A stretch of DNA of 24,000 nucleotides from Caballeronia zhejiangensis (GCF_000698575.1 NZ_JFHD01000037.1:42592-66591); one strand, 5' to 3'. Shown: positions 8,370-16,383, counted from the stretch's first letter. The notes: generated by a model not told the origin, from the sequence alone. Numbers and translations are program-made.

Positions 8370-9659
8370 CTACGCGGCGCTCGCGGGTTCCGCCAGGGGC
8401 AGGCTCAGCGACACGCGCGTGCCCTGATGCTGCTCGCTTTCGATCCGGATCGCCCATCCATGCCGGTCGCAGATCTTCTTGACGATCGACAGGCCAATAC
8501 CGAATCCCTGCCTTTCGGACGGCGTTCGCGAGGCCTGATAAAGTCTGTCGAAAACGTGCGGCAGCGCATGCTCAGGAATGCCCGAGCCGGTGTCTTCGAT
8601 GTGCAGCCGCCCGTGCGCGTAGGAAAAGCGCACACAGCCACGATCGGTGTACCGCAGCGCATTGTCGGTCAGATTTGACAGGACGATCGCCAAAGCGGAG
8701 CCGTTCGCTTTGACTCGAACCCTGCTATCGACGTCAATCACCGTCTGCACGCCGCTGGCGGCAAAGCGCTTCACAAATGGCGCGAGCGTGGTCCTGATCA
8801 AGCGCGTGAGATCGACCGGCTCGACGCCCTGAGCAGAATCGTCGCGGGCAAGCATGAGGAGCGCGTTGACGAGTTCGTGCATGCTGTCCGCCGCGCAGTT
8901 GATCTGGGCAAGCCGGGCGCGCGACTTGCCGCTGATTCCCGGATCCTGTTCCAGCAGTTCGCAGCTGGTCTTGATCGCCGTGAGCGGCGTGCGCAGTTCG
9001 TGGCTCACGTCGCCGGTGAACTCTTTCTCCCGCGCGATCATTTCCGCCATGCGCCGATGATAGTCGTTGAAGGCCTCGACCAGCCCGATGAGCTCGGCTT
9101 CGTCATATCTGCCTGGATTGATCAAAGCCGTGCTTTCGTGCCGCAGCGCCTTGACCTGGCGGGCAAGGCCCGCGACCTGCCGCACCAGCAGTCCCGCGAC
9201 GCCGTACGAAAGCCAGACCGTCAGCAGCGCAAAGAGGCCCGTGCCAGCCATCAGCACGTTGATCATCTCCTTGAAATGCTTTTCGTAGGCGCTGAAGTCG
9301 TAGACACGATAGAAGCGCGCCCCTCCGATCGCGGCGATGGCAACGTGAATCTCCCGACCGCCGACGATGATCTCATGCGTTCCGGCTGGCATCATGGCGA
9401 CGCGAGATGGCAGCGCCTGCGATGACTTGTCCGCTGCCGACACGTAGCCGCCGAGGCGCTGGTCGAAGGGCGGCAACAGTGACGGATTTGCCTGGTAGCT
9501 TCGCAGCACGCTGACCATATCATCGTGGATCAACGCGGCAATGAGCCTTTCCTCTTGCGCTTCGGCAAGTACCCTGACGCCCAGCGCCTGGGCGATGAGC
9601 AGGACGATCGTCAGCGCCGAGAAAACCAGCGCGACCTTGAGGCGCAGGCTACTTCGCAT
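8370..9659 (-). CDS. Two-component sensor histidine kinase (2 TM, periplasmic loop, HAMP, HisKA, HATPase_c)
   Basis: 429-aa ORF with an H-box FTGDVSHELRTPLT, an N-box LSNLTDNALRY and G-boxes EDTGSGIP / GFGIGLSIV. It overlaps the response regulator stop by 11 bp. Confidence 0.92.
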   Translation of the reverse strand: MRSSLRLKVALVFSALTIVLLIAQALGVRVLAEAQEERLIAALIHDDMVSVLRSYQANPSLLPPFDQRLGGYVSAADKSSQALPSRVAMMPAGTHEIIVGGREIHVAIAAIGGARFYRVYDFSAYEKHFKEMINVLMAGTGLFALLTVWLSYGVAGLLVRQVAGLARQVKALRHESTALINPGRYDEAELIGLVEAFNDYHRRMAEMIAREKEFTGDVSHELRTPLTAIKTSCELLEQDPGISGKSRARLAQINCAADSMHELVNALLMLARDDSAQGVEPVDLTRLIRTTLAPFVKRFAASGVQTVIDVDSRVRVKANGSALAIVLSNLTDNALRYTDRGCVRFSYAHGRLHIEDTGSGIPEHALPHVFDRLYQASRTPSERQGFGIGLSIVKKICDRHGWAIRIESEQHQGTRVSLSLPLAEPASAA

Positions 9660-10338
9660 CGGTGTCGCGGGCGACGAGCCGGTAACCGAGCCCGTGGACG
9701 GTTTCGATCAACTCTGCCTCGCCTCGTTGCGTCAGCGCCTTGCGCAGCGTGTAGATGTGCGCGCGCAACGTGTCGCTGTCAGGCTGCTCGTCGCCCCAGA
9801 CCTCTGATTCAAGCTCGGCCCGGCCGAATACCCGGCCCGGCGCTTGCATCATGATTCGCAGCAGCTGCAGGCATTTCGGCTGCAGCTTGATGAGTCGGCC
9901 CGCACGCTCGACCCCAAGCGATGTCAGATCGAGTCGGACATCCGCAACCCGTAGTTCTTGGGCGGCGACTTCGCCTCTGTAGCGTTTGATCAGCGCACCG
10001 AGCCGGGCGCCCACTTCTCGCAAGGAAAACGGCTTGACCAGGTAGTCGTCGGCCCCATGCATGAAGCCGGCGAGCCTGTCGTCGAGCGCGTCCCTGGCCG
10101 TGAGCATCAACACGGGCGTATCGCGATGCGCTTCTTCGCGCAGCTTTCGGCACAGCGTGAGGCCGTCCATGCACGGAAGCGACAAATCGAGCAGGATGGC
10201 ATCCCACGAAACGGCGACCGCCATCTCCAGACCAGCCTGACCGTTGGAGGCGTAGTCGACCACGTACCCGTTCGCTTCAAGATAGTCGTACAGGTTCGCG
10301 GCAATTGACGCATCGTCCTCGACAACAAGCACTTTCAT
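9649..10338 (-). CDS. OmpR/PhoB-family response regulator
   Basis: 229-aa ORF. The receiver domain shows MKVLVVEDD...ILLDLSLPCMDG...ADDYLVKPF, followed by a winged-helix C-terminus (LRAHIYTLRKAL...IETVHGLGYRL). Confidence 0.95.
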   Translation of the reverse strand: MKVLVVEDDASIAANLYDYLEANGYVVDYASNGQAGLEMAVAVSWDAILLDLSLPCMDGLTLCRKLREEAHRDTPVLMLTARDALDDRLAGFMHGADDYLVKPFSLREVGARLGALIKRYRGEVAAQELRVADVRLDLTSLGVERAGRLIKLQPKCLQLLRIMMQAPGRVFGRAELESEVWGDEQPDSDTLRAHIYTLRKALTQRGEAELIETVHGLGYRLVARDTDAK

Positions 10339-10362
10339 CAGCTTTTGGTCACCGGTTATTTT

Positions 10363-10388
10363 CTAGCAGGCCGTTGAAATATCCGTCG
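10363..10388. repeat. IS terminal inverted repeat (end proximal to the response regulator)
   Basis: Pairs with 11682-11708 in inverted orientation; see the mobile element entry. Confidence 0.8.
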
Positions 10389-10513
10389 TTGGCGCGCTAA
10401 GGCGCGTTGCGACGGATGCTGAACTCGCATTTCTGAATCGCACAAAAGCCTTTGTGAGCGTTCGAGGCTGCTCGTGAGTTCACGAAACCGACCCTATCGA
10501 TGCTTCCTGCCGT

Positions 10514-11623
10514 TCAAGCGGCAAGTGTTCGCATACGCGTCAGGTTGTAGCCAACCTGGGTCAGCACGAAGAGCTGGTCTACGCGTTCAAGTCCCCGACA
10601 CATCGCTTGTCGAATTCGCCCGACCGTCTTGCCCCATCCAAACACCTGCTCAATCCGTTTACGTTTTTGCTGGCTCACCGCGTAGCTTGGCCAACGTGTA
10701 GTTCGCTCATCAATCGCTGAGCCTCCTGAGCGCCCTTCGTTTTGCGCCACATGAGGCGTGACGCGATTCGAGCGACAACTGGCTACGAAGCCGGCGGTGT
10801 CATAGTTCTTATCCGCACCGACCGTGATGCCGCTCGGTGCGACACTCGCAGCATCGGCAAGCATCTGCGCCGCGCAGTCTCGCTCGGCGGTGCCGGTCGC
10901 CAGCGTCACCTGCGCGTTGACAACCAGTCCGTGTCGGTTATCGGTCAATACATGGCCCATATAACAGAGCATCGCTCCCGTTCCCTTGCTCTTGCGAAAC
11001 AGGCGCGCCTGCTCGTCCGTCGTGGACTGGTGCGTTTCGTTACTGCGTTTTTGCCCATGCCAATTGTCATTCGGTGCGGGCGGTTCGTCTGGAGGCGCAT
11101 CGTCGCCGCTCGGACTCGCCTTGGGCACGAAGCTCTTATGCCCGGCCCACGCCTGAATCAAAGTGCCATCGACGCTGAAATGCTCGCCAGAGAGATAGCC
11201 TCGCTCGCGGGCCGTCTCGACCGTCTCGTTGAAGAGCAACACCAGTACATCGTGTTCGAGCAAGCGGTCGCGATTCTTGCTGAACGTCGAATGGTCCCAC
11301 ACCGTTCCGTCCATCGGCAGACCGACGAACCAGCGGAACAACATGTTGTAAGAAATCTGTTCCATTAACATCCGTTCGCTGCGAATTGAGTACAACACCT
11401 GCAGCAACAGCGCCCGAACTAACTTCTCCGGTGCAATGCTTGGTCGGCCACCTCTCGCGTCTGCCTCGTACATTCGCGCGAACACATCATCCATGCGCTT
11501 GAGCGAGTCATTGAGCCATGTACGAATCGGACGCAACGGATGGTCCTTCGGCACGAAATCATCAAGCTTCAACACCGTGAACATCGACTCGGTAAAACTA
11601 TCGCTGCCGCGCATCCGTTCCAT
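10514..11623 (-). CDS. IS5-family DDE transposase
   Basis: The sequence MERMRGSDSFTESMFTVLKLDDFVPKDHPLRPIRTWLN...YNMLFRWFVGL...GADKNYDTAGFV...TPHVAQN...YAVSQQKRKRIEQVFGW is the pattern of IS5-type transposases (N-terminal DUF772-like region plus DDE_Tnp_1). The start is ambiguous: GTG 11659, ATG 11623 or ATG 11614. Confidence 0.9.
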   Translation of the reverse strand: MERMRGSDSFTESMFTVLKLDDFVPKDHPLRPIRTWLNDSLKRMDDVFARMYEADARGGRPSIAPEKLVRALLLQVLYSIRSERMLMEQISYNMLFRWFVGLPMDGTVWDHSTFSKNRDRLLEHDVLVLLFNETVETARERGYLSGEHFSVDGTLIQAWAGHKSFVPKASPSGDDAPPDEPPAPNDNWHGQKRSNETHQSTTDEQARLFRKSKGTGAMLCYMGHVLTDNRHGLVVNAQVTLATGTAERDCAAQMLADAASVAPSGITVGADKNYDTAGFVASCRSNRVTPHVAQNEGRSGGSAIDERTTRWPSYAVSQQKRKRIEQVFGWGKTVGRIRQAMCRGLERVDQLFVLTQVGYNLTRMRTLAA

Positions 11624-11681
11624 CTCGCTCTCGTGAATGACATCAGATTCAACGTTCACCCTTTTATTCAGGATGACCGTT

Positions 11682-11708
11682 CGACGAGGTATTTCAACGA
11701 CCTGCTAG
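11682..11708. repeat. IS terminal inverted repeat (transposase-start end)
   Basis: Pairs with 10363-10388 in inverted orientation. Confidence 0.8.
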
Positions 11709-11814
11709 TTCGATTTTGACAGCGACGTTAATTTTTAGCCTGGTTTGGATGTTGTGGTTCTGCATGAGACGGAGTGTGCTAAGCCACATTCGTACCGCGT
11801 CTCTCTCACCAGTT

Positions 11815-12372
11815 TCAAAAGGCGTTGTCTGCGCCGCTGCCTCGGCGCAGGGAAGGTAAGATCCGCGGAAGGACGTTTTTTGACTTCAAAGCCCAGTGCG
11901 TTAGTGCTCCTAGTACGTGCAATCCGACCAATGCAGCCAAGCCATATGCTGCTAACGAGTGAAGTTCCCCCAGCCACTTCGATAAATCACGGCTCTGTTG
12001 GACAATGATCGGTAGAGAAAAAAAGCCGAAAAAGCGCGCGGCGTGGCCGGCGGCATTAGTCTTCATCCAACCAAGCAACGGAATAGCCACCATCAACACA
12101 TAAAGCACATGATGGACCGCTTTTTCGGCAAAGCGAGCGGCTGTACCAACAGCGTTGATCGACCGTGGCAGCATATGTCGCGCCCTGAGCCGGTTTGCAA
12201 GGCGGACGGCCGCAAGTCCAAGTATGAGAATACCAATTGACTTGTGAAGCGCAATTAGATTTTCATGGTCGTCTAACATCAGGCCGATAAACAAATTGCC
12301 AATAAGTGCTACCGCCACTAGCCAATGCAGAAGAATGACCGACAGAGGATATCGCGTAACCTTTTTCATCAT
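11815..12372 (-). CDS. cybB: Cytochrome b561 family protein (CybB-like, 4-TM di-haem)
   Basis: 185-aa ORF containing RYPLSVILLHWLVAV...ALHKSIG...VHHVLYVLM...LHSLAAYGLAALVGLHVLGAL, which fits the conserved His pattern of the PF01292-type family. GAAGAGG lies 6 nt upstream of ATGATG. Confidence 0.88.
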   Translation of the reverse strand: MMKKVTRYPLSVILLHWLVAVALIGNLFIGLMLDDHENLIALHKSIGILILGLAAVRLANRLRARHMLPRSINAVGTAARFAEKAVHHVLYVLMVAIPLLGWMKTNAAGHAARFFGFFSLPIIVQQSRDLSKWLGELHSLAAYGLAALVGLHVLGALTHWALKSKNVLPRILPSLRRGSGADNAF

Positions 12373-12405
12373 AAGTTACCTCTTCGCATGGGAGACTTAT
12401 GCGAA

Positions 12406-12780
12406 TCAGCTAAGCAATTTGTGGTAGCGCTTCTTCGTACCGTTGATTTGGAGCAGTGCTCGCTTTGCGTCGCTCATATTGTTCGCCTGGATCGCCTTCT
12501 CGACCTGTGCCAGTTCCTCCCGCAGGGCCTGCATGCCTTCGTCGTACGTGCGCTGATCATCGTGATAGGACTCGCGGCTCGCCTGCCGCGCGTCGCCTTC
12601 GAACCTCGTCACATAGCCCCGCAGTTCAGGCATTGTGGTACTCGCCAGTGCGCCCTGCATCGCGCGCTTCATGTCCTTCATCAGCGTCTTGATTTCGCCA
12701 GCGTGCGCTTGTGGCGCGGCGGCAAGAAGTGAGGCACACAGCAGCGCGCAGAGGTTCATGTAAAGCCGGGGTTTTGCCAT
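12406..12780 (-). CDS. cybC: Cytochrome b562 family periplasmic protein
   Basis: ATG at 12780 gives the signal peptide MAKPRLYMNLCALLCASLLAAAPQAHA. The mature protein has an N-terminal Met-containing helix (IKTLMKDMKRAM) and a C-terminal KKRYHKLLS, comparable to E. coli b562 ...RNAYHQKYR (Met/His haem ligands). It lies 33 bp upstream of the b561 gene on the same strand. Confidence 0.78.
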   Translation of the reverse strand: MAKPRLYMNLCALLCASLLAAAPQAHAGEIKTLMKDMKRAMQGALASTTMPELRGYVTRFEGDARQASRESYHDDQRTYDEGMQALREELAQVEKAIQANNMSDAKRALLQINGTKKRYHKLLS

Positions 12781-13044
12781 GGCGTTCGATCCAGTAACAA
12801 TAGTAAGTCTGACGGCTTTCAAAACCGCAGGCTAGTAGAGCGTCAGCACTGGCCTGCAATCGTAAAGAAAGGTGTGACCGTCGGAATGCGTGCTCGTGAG
12901 GAGGCAGTCGCTCCCGCCAAGAGAAAATCATCTATAGGGTTGTTTCTTTCAAGTTTGTTTCAAGACCTGGACGCGAATGCCTGAACGAATTGGTCTCGCT
13001 CGAGCCCGGAATGTGCCACGAAGCGAGTGCGCAAACCCGTTGAT

Positions 13045-13071
13045 CCAAAAAGAGCCCGGCGGATGCCGGGC
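13045..13071 (-). terminator. Rho-independent terminator (minus strand)
   Basis: The minus strand reads GCCCGGC-atcc-GCCGGGC followed by TCTTTTT: a 7-bp all-GC stem, a 4-nt loop and a T-run. The plus-strand side lacks a T-run, so it is directional. Confidence 0.6.
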
Positions 13072-13314
13072 ATAAAGGACAGCCGTGCCGTTTTAATGTC
13101 ACGACTGCCGCGTGGCTTGACGAAACATACCGTTCACTATCCATCCGCCTTGTTTCTTGCCTTCACCTACCTTGTGCCGCGCCACCCGTCGTCGCCGACC
13201 GTGGAATTTGCAAGAGTCGATTTAGTTGTCGCAACGCCCACGATCCCATCGGGACGGTACCCGATTACAGATGTCCACGAGTGGGCTCAACCGTCGCCAT
13301 ACTGCAGGCCGATA

Positions 13315-13331
13315 GTTAACGAAAGCTTAAG
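13315..13331. promoter_or_regulatory. Orphan PmrA-box-like direct repeat GTTAAC-gaaag-CTTAAG
   Basis: Hexamer-N5-hexamer with an 11-bp period, located in a gene-less gap. It has the same architecture as the boxes at 15969 and 16367. Confidence 0.4.
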
Positions 13332-13502
13332 CGAAGCCATGCCGCTAAAACCAGTTGCGCGCTACTTCCGCCGTGGACTTGGTCTCGGATGTCAGCGCGT
13401 ATGGGCTCTGGCTGGAGAATCCGACCGCCACGCTGCAAAGTCGGTTGCGCAAGTTTCCTGGACCGACGGACAGCCGTAGGTGAAGCGAGCCCGGCGGCGA
13501 TG

Positions 13503-14888
13503 TTAACTGTTCTCACGCAAGCGCGGCTCATCGCTTCTTTCTGCAACGCACACATGCGGAATGCGCGCGACTGGGAAGCAGACGCGTACGGTCAGGCCAC
13601 GACCTTCGAGGCCATGTGCCAGAGTGATCGAGGCATGATGCTGTTCCGCGATGCGGCGGACAATCGAGAGACCCAGGCCGCTACCTGTTGCTGCGTGGCC
13701 GTTCCCGCGGTAGAACCGCTCCCATACGCGCGTATGGTCCACCTCTGGAATGCCGGGCCCAGTGTCGCGTACCTCCAGCACCGGCCGACCCTCGTGACCG
13801 TAGACTTCTACGTCGACTCGCGAGCCAGCTCCTCCATACCGAATCGCGTTGTCGACGAGGTTGTTCAACAGAATACGCAAGTTTTCTGCGTTTCCGCTGA
13901 CCGTCAATTTTTTACCTTCTGCGAGACCGAGGTCGACATTGTTGGATTCTGCGAATTTGGATCGCTCGCTTACAACGGAGCGAGCAAGAGCAGTGAGGTC
14001 GAATTGGCAGGTCTCAGCGAGCTGCGAGTCCGGCGCGAGCCTTGCCAGTGTCAGAAGCTGCTCAGACAAACGCGAGAGGCGAGTGGCACCCATTCTGAGT
14101 TGGGCAGTGATTTCCTCTCGCTCGGCGACGCTTGATGCCCGCTCCAACAACTCAGCTTGCAGTCCAAGACCCATGATGGGCGTTCGAAGTTCATGTGCGG
14201 CATCAGCAATGAAGTGTTTTTGCGCGGTGAATGCGTGATCGAGCCGAAGAAGAAGATCGTTGAGCGCATCGACAAGCGGTTTCACTTCACCGGGCATTGC
14301 CGCGGTGTCGATTGGCTGCATATTGTTCGCGTCGCGCCGTTTGAGATTTGCTGCGATCTCGCGCAGAGGCCGCAAACCGTAGCCAATCCCGAACCAAAGG
14401 AAGAGGGCGAGCAGCGGTATCAGCGACAGCACGGGCCAAAAGAGATGCATCGCGATTTCGGCGACTGCTTCCCAGCGGGCCTTCCTCAACTGCGCAACAC
14501 GCACCAACACGTCACCTTCTCGCGTAACGAACGAATGCCATAGTTGCCCACCCACCATGATATCGGCGAGGCCGGCGCCGGCCGGCGGCGGCAAACTCGA
14601 ATCGGGATCGCTGCTGAAAATCGGTGTAGAGCCGCGCCAGACCTGAAGCAGCACACCGTGCGATTGTTCGCCAGACATCCGGTCATCGTCGCTTCGCTGC
14701 AGACCGGTCAATGACACGTGATTGTCCTCATCGACCACCACATGCCGGCCGATCACCTTCAACTGGTCACTGAGGACTTCATCGAGTTCATACAATGCCC
14801 CCCAATAGGTAGCAGCACTTGCCAACAGGCCCGCTAAAAGGGTTGCGGGAAGCAGCCAGAGCACCAGTCGTCTGCGAAGGGATTTCAC
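13503..14888 (-). CDS. Two-component sensor histidine kinase (QseC/PmrB-like architecture)
   Basis: 461-aa ORF with two TM segments flanking a ~130-aa periplasmic domain, a HAMP domain, an H-box FIADAAHELRTPI, an N-box LNNLVDNAIRYG and G-boxes RDTGPGIP / GSGLGLSIV. The GTG start overlaps the regulator stop (GTGA). Confidence 0.92.
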   Translation of the reverse strand: MKSLRRRLVLWLLPATLLAGLLASAATYWGALYELDEVLSDQLKVIGRHVVVDEDNHVSLTGLQRSDDDRMSGEQSHGVLLQVWRGSTPIFSSDPDSSLPPPAGAGLADIMVGGQLWHSFVTREGDVLVRVAQLRKARWEAVAEIAMHLFWPVLSLIPLLALFLWFGIGYGLRPLREIAANLKRRDANNMQPIDTAAMPGEVKPLVDALNDLLLRLDHAFTAQKHFIADAAHELRTPIMGLGLQAELLERASSVAEREEITAQLRMGATRLSRLSEQLLTLARLAPDSQLAETCQFDLTALARSVVSERSKFAESNNVDLGLAEGKKLTVSGNAENLRILLNNLVDNAIRYGGAGSRVDVEVYGHEGRPVLEVRDTGPGIPEVDHTRVWERFYRGNGHAATGSGLGLSIVRRIAEQHHASITLAHGLEGRGLTVRVCFPVARIPHVCVAERSDEPRLRENS

Positions 14889-15547
14889 GCGATCTCCCCA
14901 ATTTGATAGCCGACCCCTCGCACGTTCCGGATCGCTTGTGCACCCAGCTTACGTCGGAGGTTGTGTACATGAACTTGGATCGCGTTGCTCTCAATCTCCT
15001 CGTTCCAGCCGTACAGGCGCTCCTCGAGTTGCTCTCGAGTAACGACAACGCTGGGATTTCGCATCAACTCATGAAGCAGAGCAAACTCTCGCGCCGTCAC
15101 ACCCACTTCCACACCACGTAAAAGGACGCAGTGACGGGCCGGATCGAGTTCGATCACCCCCGCTTGCAGTGTCGTCTGTGCCCGGCCTGCGTGTCGACGG
15201 TTCAACACGCGGATGCGAGCGAGTAGCTCCTCGAGCGCGAACGGCTTGACCATATAGTCATCGGCTCCTCCGTCCAAACCGCCAACACGATCTGCGATGC
15301 CGTCGCGGGCTGTAATAATTATCACAGCGGTCGCGTCGTTGCGGGCCCGCAGTCTCTGAAGAAGTGTCAGACCATCTTGCTTCGGCAGTCCCAGATCGAG
15401 CAAAACCAGGCCGTACGAGGTGGTGCGCAGGGCGATGGAACCCGCTTCCCCGTCCTGTACCCAGTCGACGGCCATTCCTTCCCGCCGTAACCCGTACTGC
15501 AACCCGCTGCCAATTAGAACATCGTCTTCGACCAGCAGTACCCGCAT
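14885..15547 (-). CDS. OmpR-family response regulator (QseB/PmrA-like)
   Basis: 220-aa ORF with MRVLLVEDD...LVLLDLGLPKQDG...ADDYMVKPF and a winged helix (IQVHVHNLRRKL...IRNVRGVGYQI). AAGGAA SD lies upstream of the ATG. Confidence 0.95.
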   Translation of the reverse strand: MRVLLVEDDVLIGSGLQYGLRREGMAVDWVQDGEAGSIALRTTSYGLVLLDLGLPKQDGLTLLQRLRARNDATAVIIITARDGIADRVGGLDGGADDYMVKPFALEELLARIRVLNRRHAGRAQTTLQAGVIELDPARHCVLLRGVEVGVTAREFALLHELMRNPSVVVTREQLEERLYGWNEEIESNAIQVHVHNLRRKLGAQAIRNVRGVGYQIGEIA

Positions 15548-15571
15548 ATCCGATTCCTTAAAAGCCCGGAG

Positions 15572-15886
15572 TCAGTGGTGACTGTACAGGGACTTCCAGT
15601 TACTAGCTGGCCGCGCACCGCCCGATTGTGACAAGCCGCTCGGCGTACCACCCACGTCTCGACTAGCAATGTTTGGCGATTGCGCTTGCGCCCCAATACG
15701 CGCCTCCGCCGCTTGAATGTCGGCCGGATATTTCACTTTGTTGGGTTTATACCCAGCTCGCTCCAGTTGAATCAACTCGTTGCGTACTTGTGCACGGGAA
15801 ACAGGGGTGTTCGATGCCTGTGCAAACGTTAGAGCCGGTGCGCTCAGCACCAGCGCCAGCGCCAAAACCTTGAATGTCGTGTTCAT
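15572..15886 (-). CDS. DUF4148 domain-containing secreted protein (paralog 1), first gene of the TCS operon
   Basis: ATG at 15886 is preceded by GGAGAG. Signal peptide MNTTFKVLALALVLSAPALTFAQ, then the DUF4148 core VSRAQVRNELIQLERAGYKP...YPADIQAAEAR. The stop is 24 bp before the regulator start. The 5' extension of the longer track ORF (to 16021) looks spurious. Confidence 0.85.
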   Translation of the reverse strand: MNTTFKVLALALVLSAPALTFAQASNTPVSRAQVRNELIQLERAGYKPNKVKYPADIQAAEARIGAQAQSPNIASRDVGGTPSGLSQSGGARPASNWKSLYSHH

Positions 15887-15968
15887 GTTCGATTCTCTCC
15901 AGTCAGGTGGACGTACAGCTGCGAGCGTTAGCGCGGGCAGCCCGTATTCCGCAGCTTGAGGGCGAAGA

Positions 15969-15985
15969 GTTAAGACATCGTTAAC
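15969..15985 (-). promoter_or_regulatory. PmrA-box-like direct repeat GTTAAC-gatgt-CTTAAC (read on minus strand)
   Basis: Hexamer-N5-hexamer with an 11-bp period, 83 bp upstream of the start codon of DUF4148 paralog 1 and the TCS operon. Confidence 0.45.
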
Positions 15986-16366
15986 GCGGCGAATGTTGAG
16001 AGTTTTGTGCCCATGACCCACGTGTCACAACGCTTTCTGAGGAATGAAGCGCAACCCGTTGTTCCAACTGCAGACCATGGCGCGTTTCTGCCGACCGACC
16101 TCTGAAGTCCGATAGGAGACGCCAAGGGCAAGAATCGATCGTCGCGGTGGTGCTGGGACTGCCCAACGACAAACAACGCGACGTTGTTGGCGTAGCGGAG
16201 GTCAGCCCTCGAATCCCTCATCAAACTCACCGTACACTGACTAGGTAATTACCTGAGTCTTAGGCGACACTTAGCGCTGGAAACCTTCACGCCGCGATTT
16301 CAAGCAGCGGTTACTGCTGCTGGACGGTGTCCCACCTGCCGGATCGCGATCCAGCCTCCTTGACTG

Positions 16367-16383
16367 CTTAACCAAACCTTAAG
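16367..16383 (+). promoter_or_regulatory. PmrA-box-like direct repeat CTTAAC-caaac-CTTAAG
   Basis: Hexamer-N5-hexamer with an 11-bp period, 75 bp upstream of the start codon of DUF4148 paralog 2. It is immediately preceded by TTGACT (16360-16365). Confidence 0.45.

Larger units (their letters stand above)
10363..11708 (-). mobile_element. Complete IS5-family insertion sequence (~1.35 kb)
   Basis: Imperfect terminal inverted repeats: CTAGCAGGCCGTTGAAATATCCGTCG at 10363, versus the reverse complement of 11682-11708, CTAGCAGGTCGTTGAAATACCTCGTCG (19 of the first 21 nt identical). They bracket a single DDE transposase ORF. The outermost CTAG on each side could instead be a 4-bp target duplication, as is typical for IS5-group elements. 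Confidence 0.85.

Noticed and set aside
13027-13479. 150-aa plus-strand ORF, plus the 12932..13144 and 13316..13555 minus-strand ORFs, in the gene-less gap
   Set aside because: No family resemblance and no convincing SD. The 12932..13144 ORF reads straight through the intrinsic terminator hairpin. I interpret the region as non-coding or regulatory (see the sRNA candidate).
15887-16021. 45-codon 5' extension of DUF4148 paralog 1
   Set aside because: The signal peptide begins at the internal ATG (15886), which has a GGAGAG SD. The extension would bury the signal peptide and would cover the putative promoter box.
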